The notes under the pieces are model-generated. The model had not been told where the DNA came from and made no database searches. It saw nothing but the letters and a program-made list of their open reading frames with translations. The position numbers were made by a program, and so were the translations under genes. Source: Mobula hypostoma (Eukaryota). From it: a stretch of 64,000 nt of DNA. The stretch is taken from assembly GCF_963921235.1 (NCBI RefSeq), contig NC_086108.1:49788001-49852000 (forward strand), written 5' to 3'. Numbering within the stretch: the first letter of the stretch is position 1; each line of letters opens with the position of its first letter. Below, in pieces: positions 13,480 to 24,945 of this stretch.

Positions 13480-13526
13480 ACTTTATCGTAGGGTTTGGAG
13501 GCTTGCGTGCCTCAATGAGCCAGAGA

Positions 13527-14073
13527 CAGGATTGCCAACTTTCTCACTCCCAAATAAGGGACAAAAGTAGCAGTCAAATACGGGACACTTGTGTTTACCC
13601 CGAGAAAGACTACCATGACCATGAAGCCTTGCACGGGCACCTGTGTGCGCATGCGTGACGTGCGCATACATGACGTGAGCATGCGTGTACTTGCTGATTT
13701 TTTTTCTACAAATCAGTTTTGGCGATTCTGTTCCGTGAAACCACACTGTACATACATTATTTCTACTTTATATAAGCTGTGTATTTATCATATCATTCCT
13801 GCTTTTACTATATGTTAGTGTTATTTTAGGTTTTATGTGTTATTTGGTATGATTTGGTAGGTTATTTTTTGAGTCTGGGAACGCTCAAAAATTTTTCCCA
13901 TATAAATAATGGTAATTGTTTCTCCGCTTTACACCATTTCAGCACGTAAGGTTTCATAGGAACGCTCTACCTTAGCGGGGGAAATACGGGACAAGGGTAG
14001 TACCATATGGGACAAACCAATTTAGCCCAATATATGGGATGTCCCGGCTAATACAGGATAGTTGGCAACCCTA
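13527..14073. mobile_element. hAT-type MITE inserted in an RTE/Expander-like 5' UTR fragment (about 13487-14410)
   Basis: TIRs CAGGATTGCCAACT / AGTTGGCAACCCTA, 8-bp TSD gccagaga / cccagaga, and repeated subterminal (c)gggac motifs. Confidence 0.75.
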
Positions 14074-14469
14074 CCCAGAGAGTTATGTTGCCTGGAGTTG
14101 AGGCCTTGTGCTTTGACTCTTGGTAGGATCACCCATCCCAAACAAGTCAAAGGGTAGAGGTCAGACTAAGAGTGGTCCATGGTCCTCCAGATTTGGCGAT
14201 TCAACTCGGGGCTAATAACTCTGATTGTGAAAAAAATTGTTATGGAAACAGTAATGAAGAATTCTTCTATATCTGTGTACAATGGTATTCCTGAGTCTCC
14301 AGCCAGGAATTGTATGACTGACACTAGTGAAGACTGAGAGGAAACTAATGGCGTGATGAAGGAAGCCCTGGACACTGCCAAGAGCAAGGACAGAGATGGG
14401 GGACCTTCATTGCTGCCCTCTAGTTGATATAGAGAAAGTTGTAGAAATGGAGAAAACAGTGACAGTAAA

Positions 14470-15025
14470 AGCAGCGGAATTCATGTCAAAACTGTAAGAA
14501 ATGTCCAGCAGATTAGTCAGTACTACTGCTGTGAGAAAACCTGAGTTAATATTACACATAGACAACCTAAAGATCTGGTCATTTCTGATTTTAAAAAGAG
14601 TAAGTGAGTTAACCTGAAATTGTTGTATAGAATGTCAGCACTGGAAAGTTACAACATGCCTATATGGAAGATGAAGTGTTGTTCCTGAAGCTCACACCGG
14701 CCTCAATGGGACAGTGCAGGTGAGCACAGCCAAAGAGGTCAGACCAGGAATGGGTTGGATAATTAATGTGAAAGGCAAATGGAAGCTGAGAGTAGAGTCA
14801 CTGCTGAGGACTGGGAAAAATTGCTCTGCAGAGGAGTCACCCAATCTAACCTTGGTTGCTCTAAAATAGAGAAGATCACACCATGAGCAGCAAATGCAGA
14901 ACATGAGACTGAAAGAGGGCCAACTGAACAGCTGCTCCACGTGAAAGGACAATTTGGGTCTCTAAATGGTGCAGTAAGGAAGTAAACTATCAGGCATTGA
15001 ATCCCAGAGAGCTGCATGGACAAAC
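14470..15025 (-). mobile_element. old, degenerate Penelope-like fragment (GIY-YIG region and pLTR)
   Basis: Weak similarity to the reverse complement of the GIY-YIG region and 3' end of the 23445 and 42044 copies. Confidence 0.45.
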
Positions 15026-16337
15026 ATTAGGAAAAGAAGAGTGGTTTCCCTCACATTTTTGTGTGAAAAAGTGATTTCTTAAATCTTTTCAAAATGGCCT
15101 AACTCTAACTTGAATAGCCTGGTTTATTCTTTCCTGATTATTCCAGACTTTTCCTCCAGAGGAAAGAGTTTATTCTTCACAGGATCTCATCTGTCATTGT
15201 AAAAGTTCAAGTGTCCAAGTGAGTCTGATTTTGTGCAACTCTCTGCATGAGAAATGCATGCATGACAAGTTATCCCCATGATACATTACTTTGGACACTG
15301 ATTCTTCACTACTGGCACTTTATTCCTCCTTTTTAAGCTTTAATATTATATATTTTGAAAATTTCTAAATCACAAATTAATTATGATTCTTGGTCTAATG
15401 TGGATGATGAGATTTGAGACAAATAATTATTGTATCAAAAGGGGCTGTGCAATCTCTGACCTACAGCTCTTCCGATGAAAGTGTGCTGGGAATAATTGTG
15501 CCCTTCCTACATGTTGCTACTCCAAGGTGCTGCACCAGAACAAACAAAATTCTGAAATAGATGAAGGAGAGTTGGGATAAAACAATAATCACCAGTCACT
15601 GATCAAATTCTCGACAGCGCTAATCTTTACTCCGCAGCCATTAATGTTCCATCTGCTTTAACATGTAGGTGTGGATGCCTGAACTAACTTGGGAAAATAA
15701 TTTGAACACCCTTCTTAAGAGGCAAGTTTGTAACATTAGTAAAGTAGTGGTATTGCTTCAGCAAGCAAGTTATACCACTGGAGAAAGAGGCAATCACTTA
15801 CTAATGTTGATCTGCTGAGTTTTCTTATTTATGTGGTCTCACACCCACTGACCTCACTAGTATTTCAGCTTTTGGGAGGAAGACGGGATGCTCAGTAAAG
15901 AGTTTTACTGTATACCTTAAGAATAGATACAGTTTAAAGAACAATACAGATATAGTTTAAAGAACAACTTTAAAGAACGATAACTTATACTCTCTAAAAA
16001 TTACCAAAGAAACACGGTTCACTGCCATCTAGGGATAGCTATGGAGGATAGAAATCTAATGGCATCTAACTGAGAACTCCCCTTTTTCAATGAGAGTTCT
16101 CTAATTTATTTTTTATTTTCAATGAGTTTGGAGGGCTATTTTGCATTGGCCATATTTTAAATATTGTGCCACCTATAGGAAGAAAGCATTGGACTTTGAA
16201 TGTTGAATTCAAATCATGAACCAGAAATTCTGCTCGGCAATGAACCAGTTAAATCTGCCAATAATTTCTGAATAAAGTTCAGTTAGCTGATCCCTCATAG
16301 TGAATGCTGGAAAATCCTTCTGTATTATGAATTAGTA

Positions 16338-17372
16338 AGACCAAAGAGCTGAGTGTGGACTTCAGGAAGGGTGAAATGAAGGAACACATACCAATCCTCA
16401 TAGAGAGATCAGAAGTGGAAAGAGCGAGCAGTTTCAAGTTCCTTGGGTGTCAAGCTCTCTGAGGACCTAACCTGGTCCCAACATATCGATGCAGTTATAA
16501 AGAAGGCAAGACAGCAACTATACTTCATTAGGAGTTTGAAGAGATTTAGTATGTCAACAAATACACTCAAAAACTTCTACAGATGTACCGTGCAGAGCTT
16601 TCTGACAGGCTGCATCACCGTCTGGTATGGGGGGGTAGGGGGCTATTGCACAGGACCGAAAGAAGTTGTAGAGGGTTGTAAATTTAGTCGGCTCCATCTT
16701 GGGTACCAGCCTACAAAGTTCCCAGGACATCTTCAAGAAGTGGTGTCTCAGAAAGGCAGCATCCATTATTAAGGACCTCCAGCATCCACAGCATGCCCTT
16801 TTCCATTGTTACCATCAGGTAGGAGGTACAGCAGCCTGTAGGTACACACTCAGTGATTCAGGAACAGCTTCTTCCCCTCTGCCATTTGATTCCTAATTGG
16901 ACATTGAACCCATGAACAGTACCTCACTTTTAAAATATACATTATTTGTTTTTTTGCATGATTTTAATCTATTCAATATACATATACTGTAATTGATTTA
17001 CTCATTTATTATTATTATTATGATTTTATTTTTTTCTTTTTCTATATTATGTATTGCATTGAACTGCTGCTGCTAAGTTAACAAATTTCACAACACACGC
17101 CGGTGATAATAAACGCAAACAACAGGAATTCTGCAGATGCTGGAAATTCAAACAACACACATCAAAGTTGCTGGTGAACGCAGCAGGCCAGGCAGCATCT
17201 ATAGGAAGAGGCGCAGTCGACGTTTCAGGCCGAGACCCTTCGTCTGACGAAGGGTCTCGGCCTGAAACGTCGACTGCGCCTCTTCCTATAGATGCTGCCT
17301 GGCCTGCTGCGTTCACCAGCAACTTTGATGTGTGTTGCCAGTGATAATAAACCTGATTCTGATTCTGATTCT
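16338..17372 (+). mobile_element. Rex1/Babar LINE 3' portion with (ctgatt)n tail
   Basis: ORF 16443-16772: LGVKLSEDLTWSQHIDAVIKKARQQLYF. The tail is interrupted by the 17115-17336 insertion. Confidence 0.85.
17115..17336. mobile_element. fold-back Penelope pLTR insertion containing a perfect 92-bp inverted repeat
   Basis: Arms 17153-17244 and 17246-17337 are exact reverse complements around T17245. 16-bp TSD GCC(G/A)GTGATAATAAAC (17099-17114 / 17337-17352). Confidence 0.9.
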
Positions 17373-18135
17373 AAAGTGATCACGCAAAGTGTTATGGTGT
17401 GTCATGTTTTGGAAGGTTTTTGGAAAACAAGCTAATCTGGGAGAGTTCTTGGTGGAACTTACAATAGGAATGTTGAACCTGAATAAACCTCAAGGGGTTA
17501 ACATTCACACAACAAAGTGGATGGAATTCCCATTGAAGTGCAAGCAGTATTGGAATAAGATTCAACGACGAATCCTTGACTACTTCCGCTGTTCAGTTTT
17601 ATAAGAAATGCTGATTGGTATTCAAGAATTTTTTTTACATTCTTTCCACCCCATTGCAAACTCACTTTTGGGGAGTAGTAGAATTAAAATCCACATGTTT
17701 CAATGCACACAAAGTCACAAGCGCGCGCATACACATAGGAGTACATACACAATACCCAACACTAATTGTCCACTTCGCGAATACAACAGCATTTGCTCAA
17801 AGGAGACAAATTAAGATTTTTTACTGTCTTTATTCTTGCACTAAGATATTTGACCCGTTACTTTAATACACAATATTTCACTAAACGATAATTAGACCAT
17901 ATCAGTACACTCTTAACAACTATTTTAGTCACGGATGCAGTAATTATTCTGTTAAAGAAAACTGTACACCGACACCAAAGACCATATGGCAAAGTGCATA
18001 TTAATACGTTTGGAATGAGGACAAATGTTTAGTGCTTTGTTTTTAAATCTTTCCCATTTGATAACATTAATGCCAGATGGGGCATTCTCAGAATTCTTGT
18101 TCTTTTGTCTTATTATCATAGCCTGTTTTGAAGTC

Positions 18136-18485
18136 GGAGAAGGAAAACTCTGATTTTAAACCTCCACTGCCCTGTGGCCATACCCACCCATGGGAAAGGC
18201 TTCAGGAGTAAACCCCGAGGAAGAAATCCAGAGCCGGGTCCCTAAGCCAGCTTGATGTTGTTTACAACTTCACTCTGGCAATCTCTGCGATGACACTGGT
18301 GCCAAGCTGTATCGGCGCTTGCCCTTCCCTTTGACTACATCAGTGATGTGGAGAGAGGGAACCAGCTGCATGGGCAACAGCCGGTCCTTCAAATCTTCTT
18401 GCCCAGGCTTACGCCCTGGAGAGGGGACAGTCCACCAGAGGTGTAAACCCATGATCCCCTGGGATCGACGGCTGCCTTATACGAC
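18136..18485 (+). mobile_element. non-autonomous RTE-like short element
   Basis: Starts ggagaaggaaaactctgattttaaacc (RTE 5'-UTR-like). Its 3' half is homologous to the tails of the SINEs at 34909 and 48633. TSD gttttga(a/t)gtc. Confidence 0.6.
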
Positions 18486-19014
18486 GTTTTGATGTCATAG
18501 TTTTGAAGATTAGGATCAATTTGGGCATTCACTTTCATCTTATTTATTATTCGCCTGTTCACCTGACTAGAGGCTGAAGCTGGTTTACTGGTCACTTCCT
18601 GGTTAATGGAAATACAATCTCATCTGGCACAATCATTAACCAAAACGGTTCTGACTTCAGCTGTGTGAACATTCATTTCATTTATTCACAATGTCAAAAT
18701 CCACAGTTCCTCAATACCACACACACTATCCCACATCATTAGTGTTACCTAAGCTACACTAATTAAAGAGGAGAGACATGTTAAACTGCATGGGCTCATC
18801 AAGCACATAAATAGATCAGAATGGAGAGGTAGTGCAGAGAGGGCGGTTTGAACATGGAGAGAGGCAGAGAAAAATGGCCATGAGGCACTTGCTTCTCATG
18901 CATTAATGCTATTGCCAATCCTTAAAAAAAATGGAAAAAACACTGACTTATTTCGAGTTGTATGCATGCAGCCCTACTGGTATAGGCAAAATTCAGACCC
19001 AGATCCCATGCTCT

Positions 19015-19160
19015 GAACAAGATCCCGATGAAAAGTCTCAGCTCAAAACGCCGACTGTTCACTCTTTTCCATTGATGCTGCCTGGCCTGCTGAGTTCCTA
19101 CAGCATTTTGTGTGTGTTGCTTTGGATTTTCAGCACCTGCAGATTTTCTGGTGTCTCCGA
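19015..19160 (+). mobile_element. degenerate Penelope pLTR 3' end
   Basis: cccgatgaaaagtctcagctcaaaacgccgact...gatgctgcctggcctgctgagttcc...cagcacctgcag. Confidence 0.65.
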
Positions 19161-21903
19161 ACAAGATGTTTACTATGTATTTTGATCAACATTGCCATCA
19201 CATGCACAACTGGAAAGTACTTTACCTTCCTATACAACTCATTGTGTGTATAAACATGTCTGTCTCCCAAATACAGATCACCAGTGACATACCCAGAGTT
19301 ATACAATACAAATTATAAAGATAGCATTAGTGAATACTAAACACGTCTTTTCCTTCTTGCAGATTTTGTCAGGAAATATATAAAAATTATATATTTTTGA
19401 ACTTAAAACCAAAATGGGTGCCTGAGGAAAGGAAGCTACCATCATTACCAATTCTTTCAAAATATCTTCAAACTCTTTGTGAGTCATTACATAACTGTGC
19501 ATAAACTCTTGTCTCCATGCCAGGCATTACTGACTTGTAGCCTTATTTATCACCTAATTTCTGTGCAAAGGTCAGCTCTTGTAACAAGTTTTCAAGGTTG
19601 ATGAAAAATTGGAAAATTATTCAGCCCTTATCACTGAACAAGTATTGAAAGAAGTGCTGGCTTCTCCGCTGGTTTAGATGTGAAATATATACCTGTCAGA
19701 CTGCGAAGCAAATTACACCCATCGCCCACTGGCCGAGACCTTGTGAAATTGCTGATCTAACACCAATAGACCTGAAGCAAAGGGCAGCTTTGTATCACCT
19801 ATCTTCTGGGGTCAATCACTTTATTAAAGAGTGACAGCCACTCTGTGACAACCATAATCTGCGAATCCAGCCTTATTGCAAATCTAAATTTATTTCTATG
19901 TTGCTAAAGGTTAAAAAAAGAATGCACACAGTTAAATAGTCTTTGAGCTGCAACTGATACACTCTCTCCTGGACACTGAAACAATGTGCATTTTAAATCA
20001 ATGATATTCCGCCTAAGCATAACATTAAGTTTGCTGGAAATTCTCTAATAATTCAATAGGCATCAGATCCTTTAGAAATAAATAATGCTTAGAACAGTAA
20101 CTTCGTCTCTTGAAACACTCAGTGTTATTTACTATTTCAACATGTCTCTGTTAAAGACCTTAAAAGAATCTCATTACCAAGGAAAATACTCAGTTGAAAC
20201 CAGGGCAGCCATTTGGTAGAGATAAGTTGCTTGGATGCCCATGGTACAGAGGGCAACACAAATCTGCTTCAATACACAGTATCTTATTGTAGTGTAGTCA
20301 TATCAACCACTGGACATGTAGAAATGATATTCATTTTTGTCATCTATGCACCAAAGTTGATTGATAGGACTGCATTATGTATCAACAGCCTTAACTGGAT
20401 CAGTGTTTATAACATCCAGTTAACAACACTAAGACATTAATGCTCATGGTGCTCAGCTGATTCAAGTAGGAAAGGTCCACTGTACCACCAGGTGCTGGGA
20501 CTCTTCGTGGAATTCCCTAGACATTGGTTTTGGTGATAGCATCAAGTGTAGCTGACAAATGAAACCAGGAATTCCCCCAGTAGAAAAGGAAGCCATGAAT
20601 CTGCTTCAGTTGCCTTTTTCCTGTGTTAAATAGAGGCAAGAAGAGCTCTTATTTGGCAAATTCAGATGAAATCATCGCTTGAAGTCTCGACATCTTGGTG
20701 TGAGTTCGGTGATGGTCTTTTGACCACCCACCTTACAATGGAGGCTTAAAGAAAATAAGTACTCATTAATTTCTTTTTGACCCTGAAATTACACAGAAAA
20801 TGAAGAGCACATTTACTATTTCCACTATGCAAAATTATTTGATGCAGTTATTGAATTTAAACACTGTGTTTAAAAGTGTGAACACTTCCATCACACTTAC
20901 CTTTTATAATCTTCCACTAAAACATTACTTCAAATAATGTCCTAAATATCTGGGAATGAAATATCTGTCTCCCAATATACATCTGGCTTGCAAATGATTT
21001 ATGGGCAAAATGGTTCTCTTCGCTATTCCTATCAAGAGTCCATCTATTAAATTCTACAATATTAAAAACTGAAACAGTTCTTCATACTTGCTATGAGGAA
21101 TCCTGACAATTAGCATATTAAAAATTCTTATATTATTACAAACATGAGAAAATATTATGTTGTTTTAATTTATAATCCATCTGACTTTTAAATAGTTCTT
21201 GATAGAAGAGAATATGAATTTCTGGTTGGACACAAAAATACTTAAAAAGAACCATGTATTTTGGAAGGTTTACTTTTTGTATCTATCTCATTGAGAATAA
21301 AGGCTCTGAATGAAATCCTTTTAATGCATATTGGCCTTATTTTTGCTATTCTTGAGACTGACTAATACATTGAGATGTTATTCACTAATGTTAACAGAAA
21401 CTGACAAGAACACAGCCCAGCTAGCATTGCCTCGCATTGACATAATGAACAAAGACATGATGAACCTGACTAATTGTCTGGAGTCACCACCCATAGACCC
21501 TGCCGACCTGCACTCTCATTTGAGGGAAGAGCCCAACAAGTTAACTCTTCAGATTAAAAAGCACCACAAGGCACAGCAGTATCTGAGTGCTAAGTAGCCC
21601 TAATATTGCATCTTACGGCCTAGCCTATCTCCCCTCACCGGCTGAAGCTTGATGCTGTTAGTCCTGGCCAATTTAGACATGGCCTTGCCTGCAAGGCTTC
21701 CCCAGCATTATCTTTTATTTCAGATTTCAAACAACTTTTATTTTCTGTATCTCAGAGTTCACAGCTCTAGCAGGACTTGTATCCCCCTTCTCTGTTCCCT
21801 CCTGACTTACACCTCTCTCAGACAAACCATGTGCTTTTCTCCAATAAGCCTTTGGAACCACTTCCTGCTCTTCTAGATGACACCAACCTGCAGGTTCACA
21901 ACC

Positions 21904-22071
21904 AACACTCACAACACGCTGGAGGAACTCAGCAGGTCGGGGCAGCATACGTGGAAAAGATCGGTCGACGTTCCGGGCCCGAACCCTTCGTCACGTCTTC
22001 GTCACGCCTGAGTTCCTCCAGCGTGTTGTGAGTGTTGCTTTGACCCCAGCATCTGCAGATTATTTTGTGTT
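21904..22071. mobile_element. miniature fold-back Penelope pLTR insertion (subfamily B)
   Basis: 30-bp inverted arms 21903-21932 / 22008-22037; 15-bp TSD TGCAGG(T/C)TCACAACC (21889-21903 / 22072-22086). Confidence 0.8.
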
Positions 22072-22164
22072 TGCAGGCTCACAACCTCCAGCTGGTCCAG
22101 GCATCCACTTACCTAACTCCATCCCTCCCTTTGACTGTAAAGTTAAACATGCCTTGAGTTCAAG

Positions 22165-22870
22165 AGTCAAAAGCACAGTACACTGTTAATACAAAGATCC
22201 TTAACAGTGTTATGCATAGGGATTGTGGCTCCAAGTCTATGGTTTCCTGAAAGCAGCTTCACAGGTTGATGGGCTGGTAAAGAAAGCAAATGGCATTGAG
22301 TTTCAGAGTCAGGAAACTACATATATTACAACTTTCAGGCCTCTCTAGAGTACTGTATTCATATCTGGGCATCCCAATATAAGAAGGATGTGGAGACTTT
22401 GGAGAGGGTGCAAAAGAGGTCTACCAGGGTGCTGCCTGGAATAGTGGGCATGTACTAAAAGGAGTAGTTGGACAAACTAGGGTTGTCTTCTCCAAAATGA
22501 AGAGATTGAGGAGGTACTTGATAGAAGCTTATTAAATTATAACAGGCATAGACAGAGGGGACAACCAATATCTCAACGTTGAAGTGTCTAATACCAGAGG
22601 GAATGCATTTAAGGTGAAAGGAGAAAGAGTTCAAAGGAGAAAAGGAGATGTGCAAGTTTTTTTTATATATACCGAGTGGTGGTGGGACTTGAATTCGCTG
22701 TCAGGCGTGGTAGTGGAGGGAGATATGATAGAGATGCTTAAGATGCTTTTGGATAGGCGCATTAACATGGAAGGATATAGACCATGTTTAGGCAGAAGTG
22801 ATTATTGTAATTAGGCATCATTAGCTTAATTAGTTTGGCACAACATCATGTACTGTTCTATGTTCTATTA
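22165..22870 (+). mobile_element. CR1 LINE 3' end
   Basis: LERVQKR-type and TRGNAFKVKG motifs; gttctatgttctat tail. Confidence 0.75.
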
Positions 22871-23444
22871 TACATGTCTGTTTTCTAAAATTTCCCAGCT
22901 CTAAGATCATATCACTGGGCTGAAATGTAAATTCTGTTTGACCCTCCATAGTTTCTGCTTAAACTGTATCTGCTGGGTTTATTGCACATTTCCATCATCT
23001 GTTTTTTTTTGGCTTTTTGTTCTGTAACTTTCTTTCTCATGTAGCAGTGCAACTTAAAAGTTTTGCAAACAGAATTAAATTAAAAATAAATAAGTGTAAT
23101 TAAAATACATTAATACAAAGAAAAACAACTCAGGCTCTTAACATTTACCACAGGGTCAAATGCTTTATCTAGATAGAAGTGGTCTTTATTCACATGCCCT
23201 TGGAGCAAAGCTGAGAGTCAATGTGAAGTGCATCCAGTCACCTTCAACATGACAACGTGCTGCTGCTGAGTCCAGTGAGAGTCCAGCAAGGGAGAAGACT
23301 ATTGATAGTCATCTTTTGTCACATGCACATGAAGTGCTGAGTTCTGAGTGCCTGGAACCATTGGCCATCGATCAGCTCCTCATTTCACCCACATTATACT
23401 CTCTCCTACAGTCTCTTCCTGCTTTAACAAGAACCACAGATATC

Positions 23445-24945
23445 ACTGTGCTCCAAACCTATTCTGGTACTGCTCCCCAACTTTTCCTTCGGTATATTGA
23501 CAACTACATTGGTGCTGCTTCCTGCACCCATGCTGAGCTCGTCAATTTCATCGACTTTACTTCTAACTTCCACCCAGCCCTCAAATTCACTTGGTCTATC
23601 TCGGACACTTCTCTCCCCTTTCTCGATCTCTCGGTCTCCATCTCTGGAGACAGACTGTCCACTGACATCTTCTACAAGCCCACTGAGTCTCATAACTACC
23701 TCGACTATACCTCTTCCCACCCCGCCACATGCAAAAATGCCATTCCCTATTCCCAGTTCCTCCATCTCCGCCACATCTGCTCCGAGGATGAGGTTTTTCA
23801 TTCCAGGACATCTCAAATGTCCTCTTTCTTTAAGGATCGTGGTTTCCCTTCTGCTGTCATTAATGATGCCCTCACCTGCATCTCCTCCATTTCCCGCACT
23901 TCGGCTCTCACCCCATCCTCCTGCCACCACAACAGGGACAGAGTTCCCCTTGTCCTCACCTACCACCCCACCAGCCTCCGGATCCAGCACATTATCCTCT
24001 GCAACTTCCGCCACCTTCAACAGGACCCCACCACAAAGCACATCTTTCCCTCTCCACCCCTCTCTGCTTTCCACAGGGATCGGTCCCTCCGTGACTCCCT
24101 GGTCCACACGTCCAACCCCACGGATCTCCCACCCGGCACTTATCCCTGTAAGCATAAGTGCTACACCTGTCCCTACACCTCCTCTCTTGCCAACATTCAG
24201 GGCCCCAAACAGTCCTTCCAAGTGAGGCAACACTTCATTTGTGAGTCTGTTGGGGTCATCTATTGCCTCCGGTGCTCCCGGTGCAGCCTCCTCTACATCG
24301 GTGAAACCCGACGCAGATTGGGGGACCGCTTCATCGAGCACCTCCGCTCTGTTCGCCAAAACAGACGGGATCTCCCAGTAGCCACCCACTTCAACTCTGC
24401 TTCCCACTCCTATTCAGATATGTCCATACATGGCCTCCTCTACTGCAATGATGAGGCTAAACTCAGGTTGGAGGAGCAACACCTCATATACCGTCTAGGT
24501 AGTCTCCAGCCCCTTGGTATGAACATAGAATTCTCCAACTTCCAGTAATTCCCTCACCCTCCCTTCCCCTGTCCCTATGTCACTCTGCCCCCTCCCCCAG
24601 CTGCCTATCACCTCCCTCATGGTTCCGCCTCCTTCGACTACCCATTGTGTTTTCCCCTATTCTTTCTTCACCTTTCCTGCCTATCACCTCCTTGCCTGCC
24701 TCCCCCACCCCTTTATCTTTCCCTTTACTGGTTTTTCACCTGGAACCTACCAGCCTTCTCCTTCCCACCCTCCCCCCATCTTCTTTATAGGGCCTCTGCC
24801 CCTTCCCTCTACAGTCCTGATGAAGGGATCCGGCCCGAAACGTCAACCGATCTTTTCCACGGATGCTGCCCGACCTGCTGAATTCCTCCAGCATGTTGTG
24901 AGTGTTGCTTTGACCCCAGCATCTGCAGATTATTTTGTGCTTGTG
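23445..24945 (+). mobile_element. 5'-truncated Penelope-like element (RT C-terminus, GIY-YIG endonuclease, pLTR with hammerhead)
   Basis: Uninterrupted ORF to 24548 with FLRYIDN, LPFLDL, GVIYCLRCSRCSLLYIGETRRRLGDRFIEH, LQPLGMNIEFSNF. 12-bp TSD ACCACAGATATC (23433-23444 / 24946-24957). Confidence 0.92.
24812..24848 (+). ncRNA. minimal type I hammerhead ribozyme motif in Penelope pLTR
   Basis: CAGUC-CUGAUGA-A-GGG AUCCGG CCC-GAAAC-GUC-AACC. Core intact, stem I weakened. Confidence 0.55.

Noticed and set aside
15915..16105. Short duplications (tttaaagaac x3) and an 8-bp stem gagaactc / gagttctc
   Set aside because: These are ordinary slippage products with no further structure.
17238..17275. 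Active hammerhead at the centre of the 92-bp palindrome
   Set aside because: The plus strand keeps CUGACGA but has lost the 5' strand of stem I, the minus strand reads CAGACGA, and the long hairpin would out-compete the ribozyme fold.
19299..19502. Protein-like minus-strand ORFs in unique DNA (also 10168-10431, 53538-53720, 53836-54027)
   Set aside because: No recognisable homology and no convincing flanking splice sites in frame with NMNAT2.
23424..24407. 327-aa antisense ORF and 242-aa Ser/Pro/Thr-rich alternative-frame ORF (also 42257-42847)
   Set aside because: These are shadow frames of the C-rich Penelope ORF, with no independent evidence.
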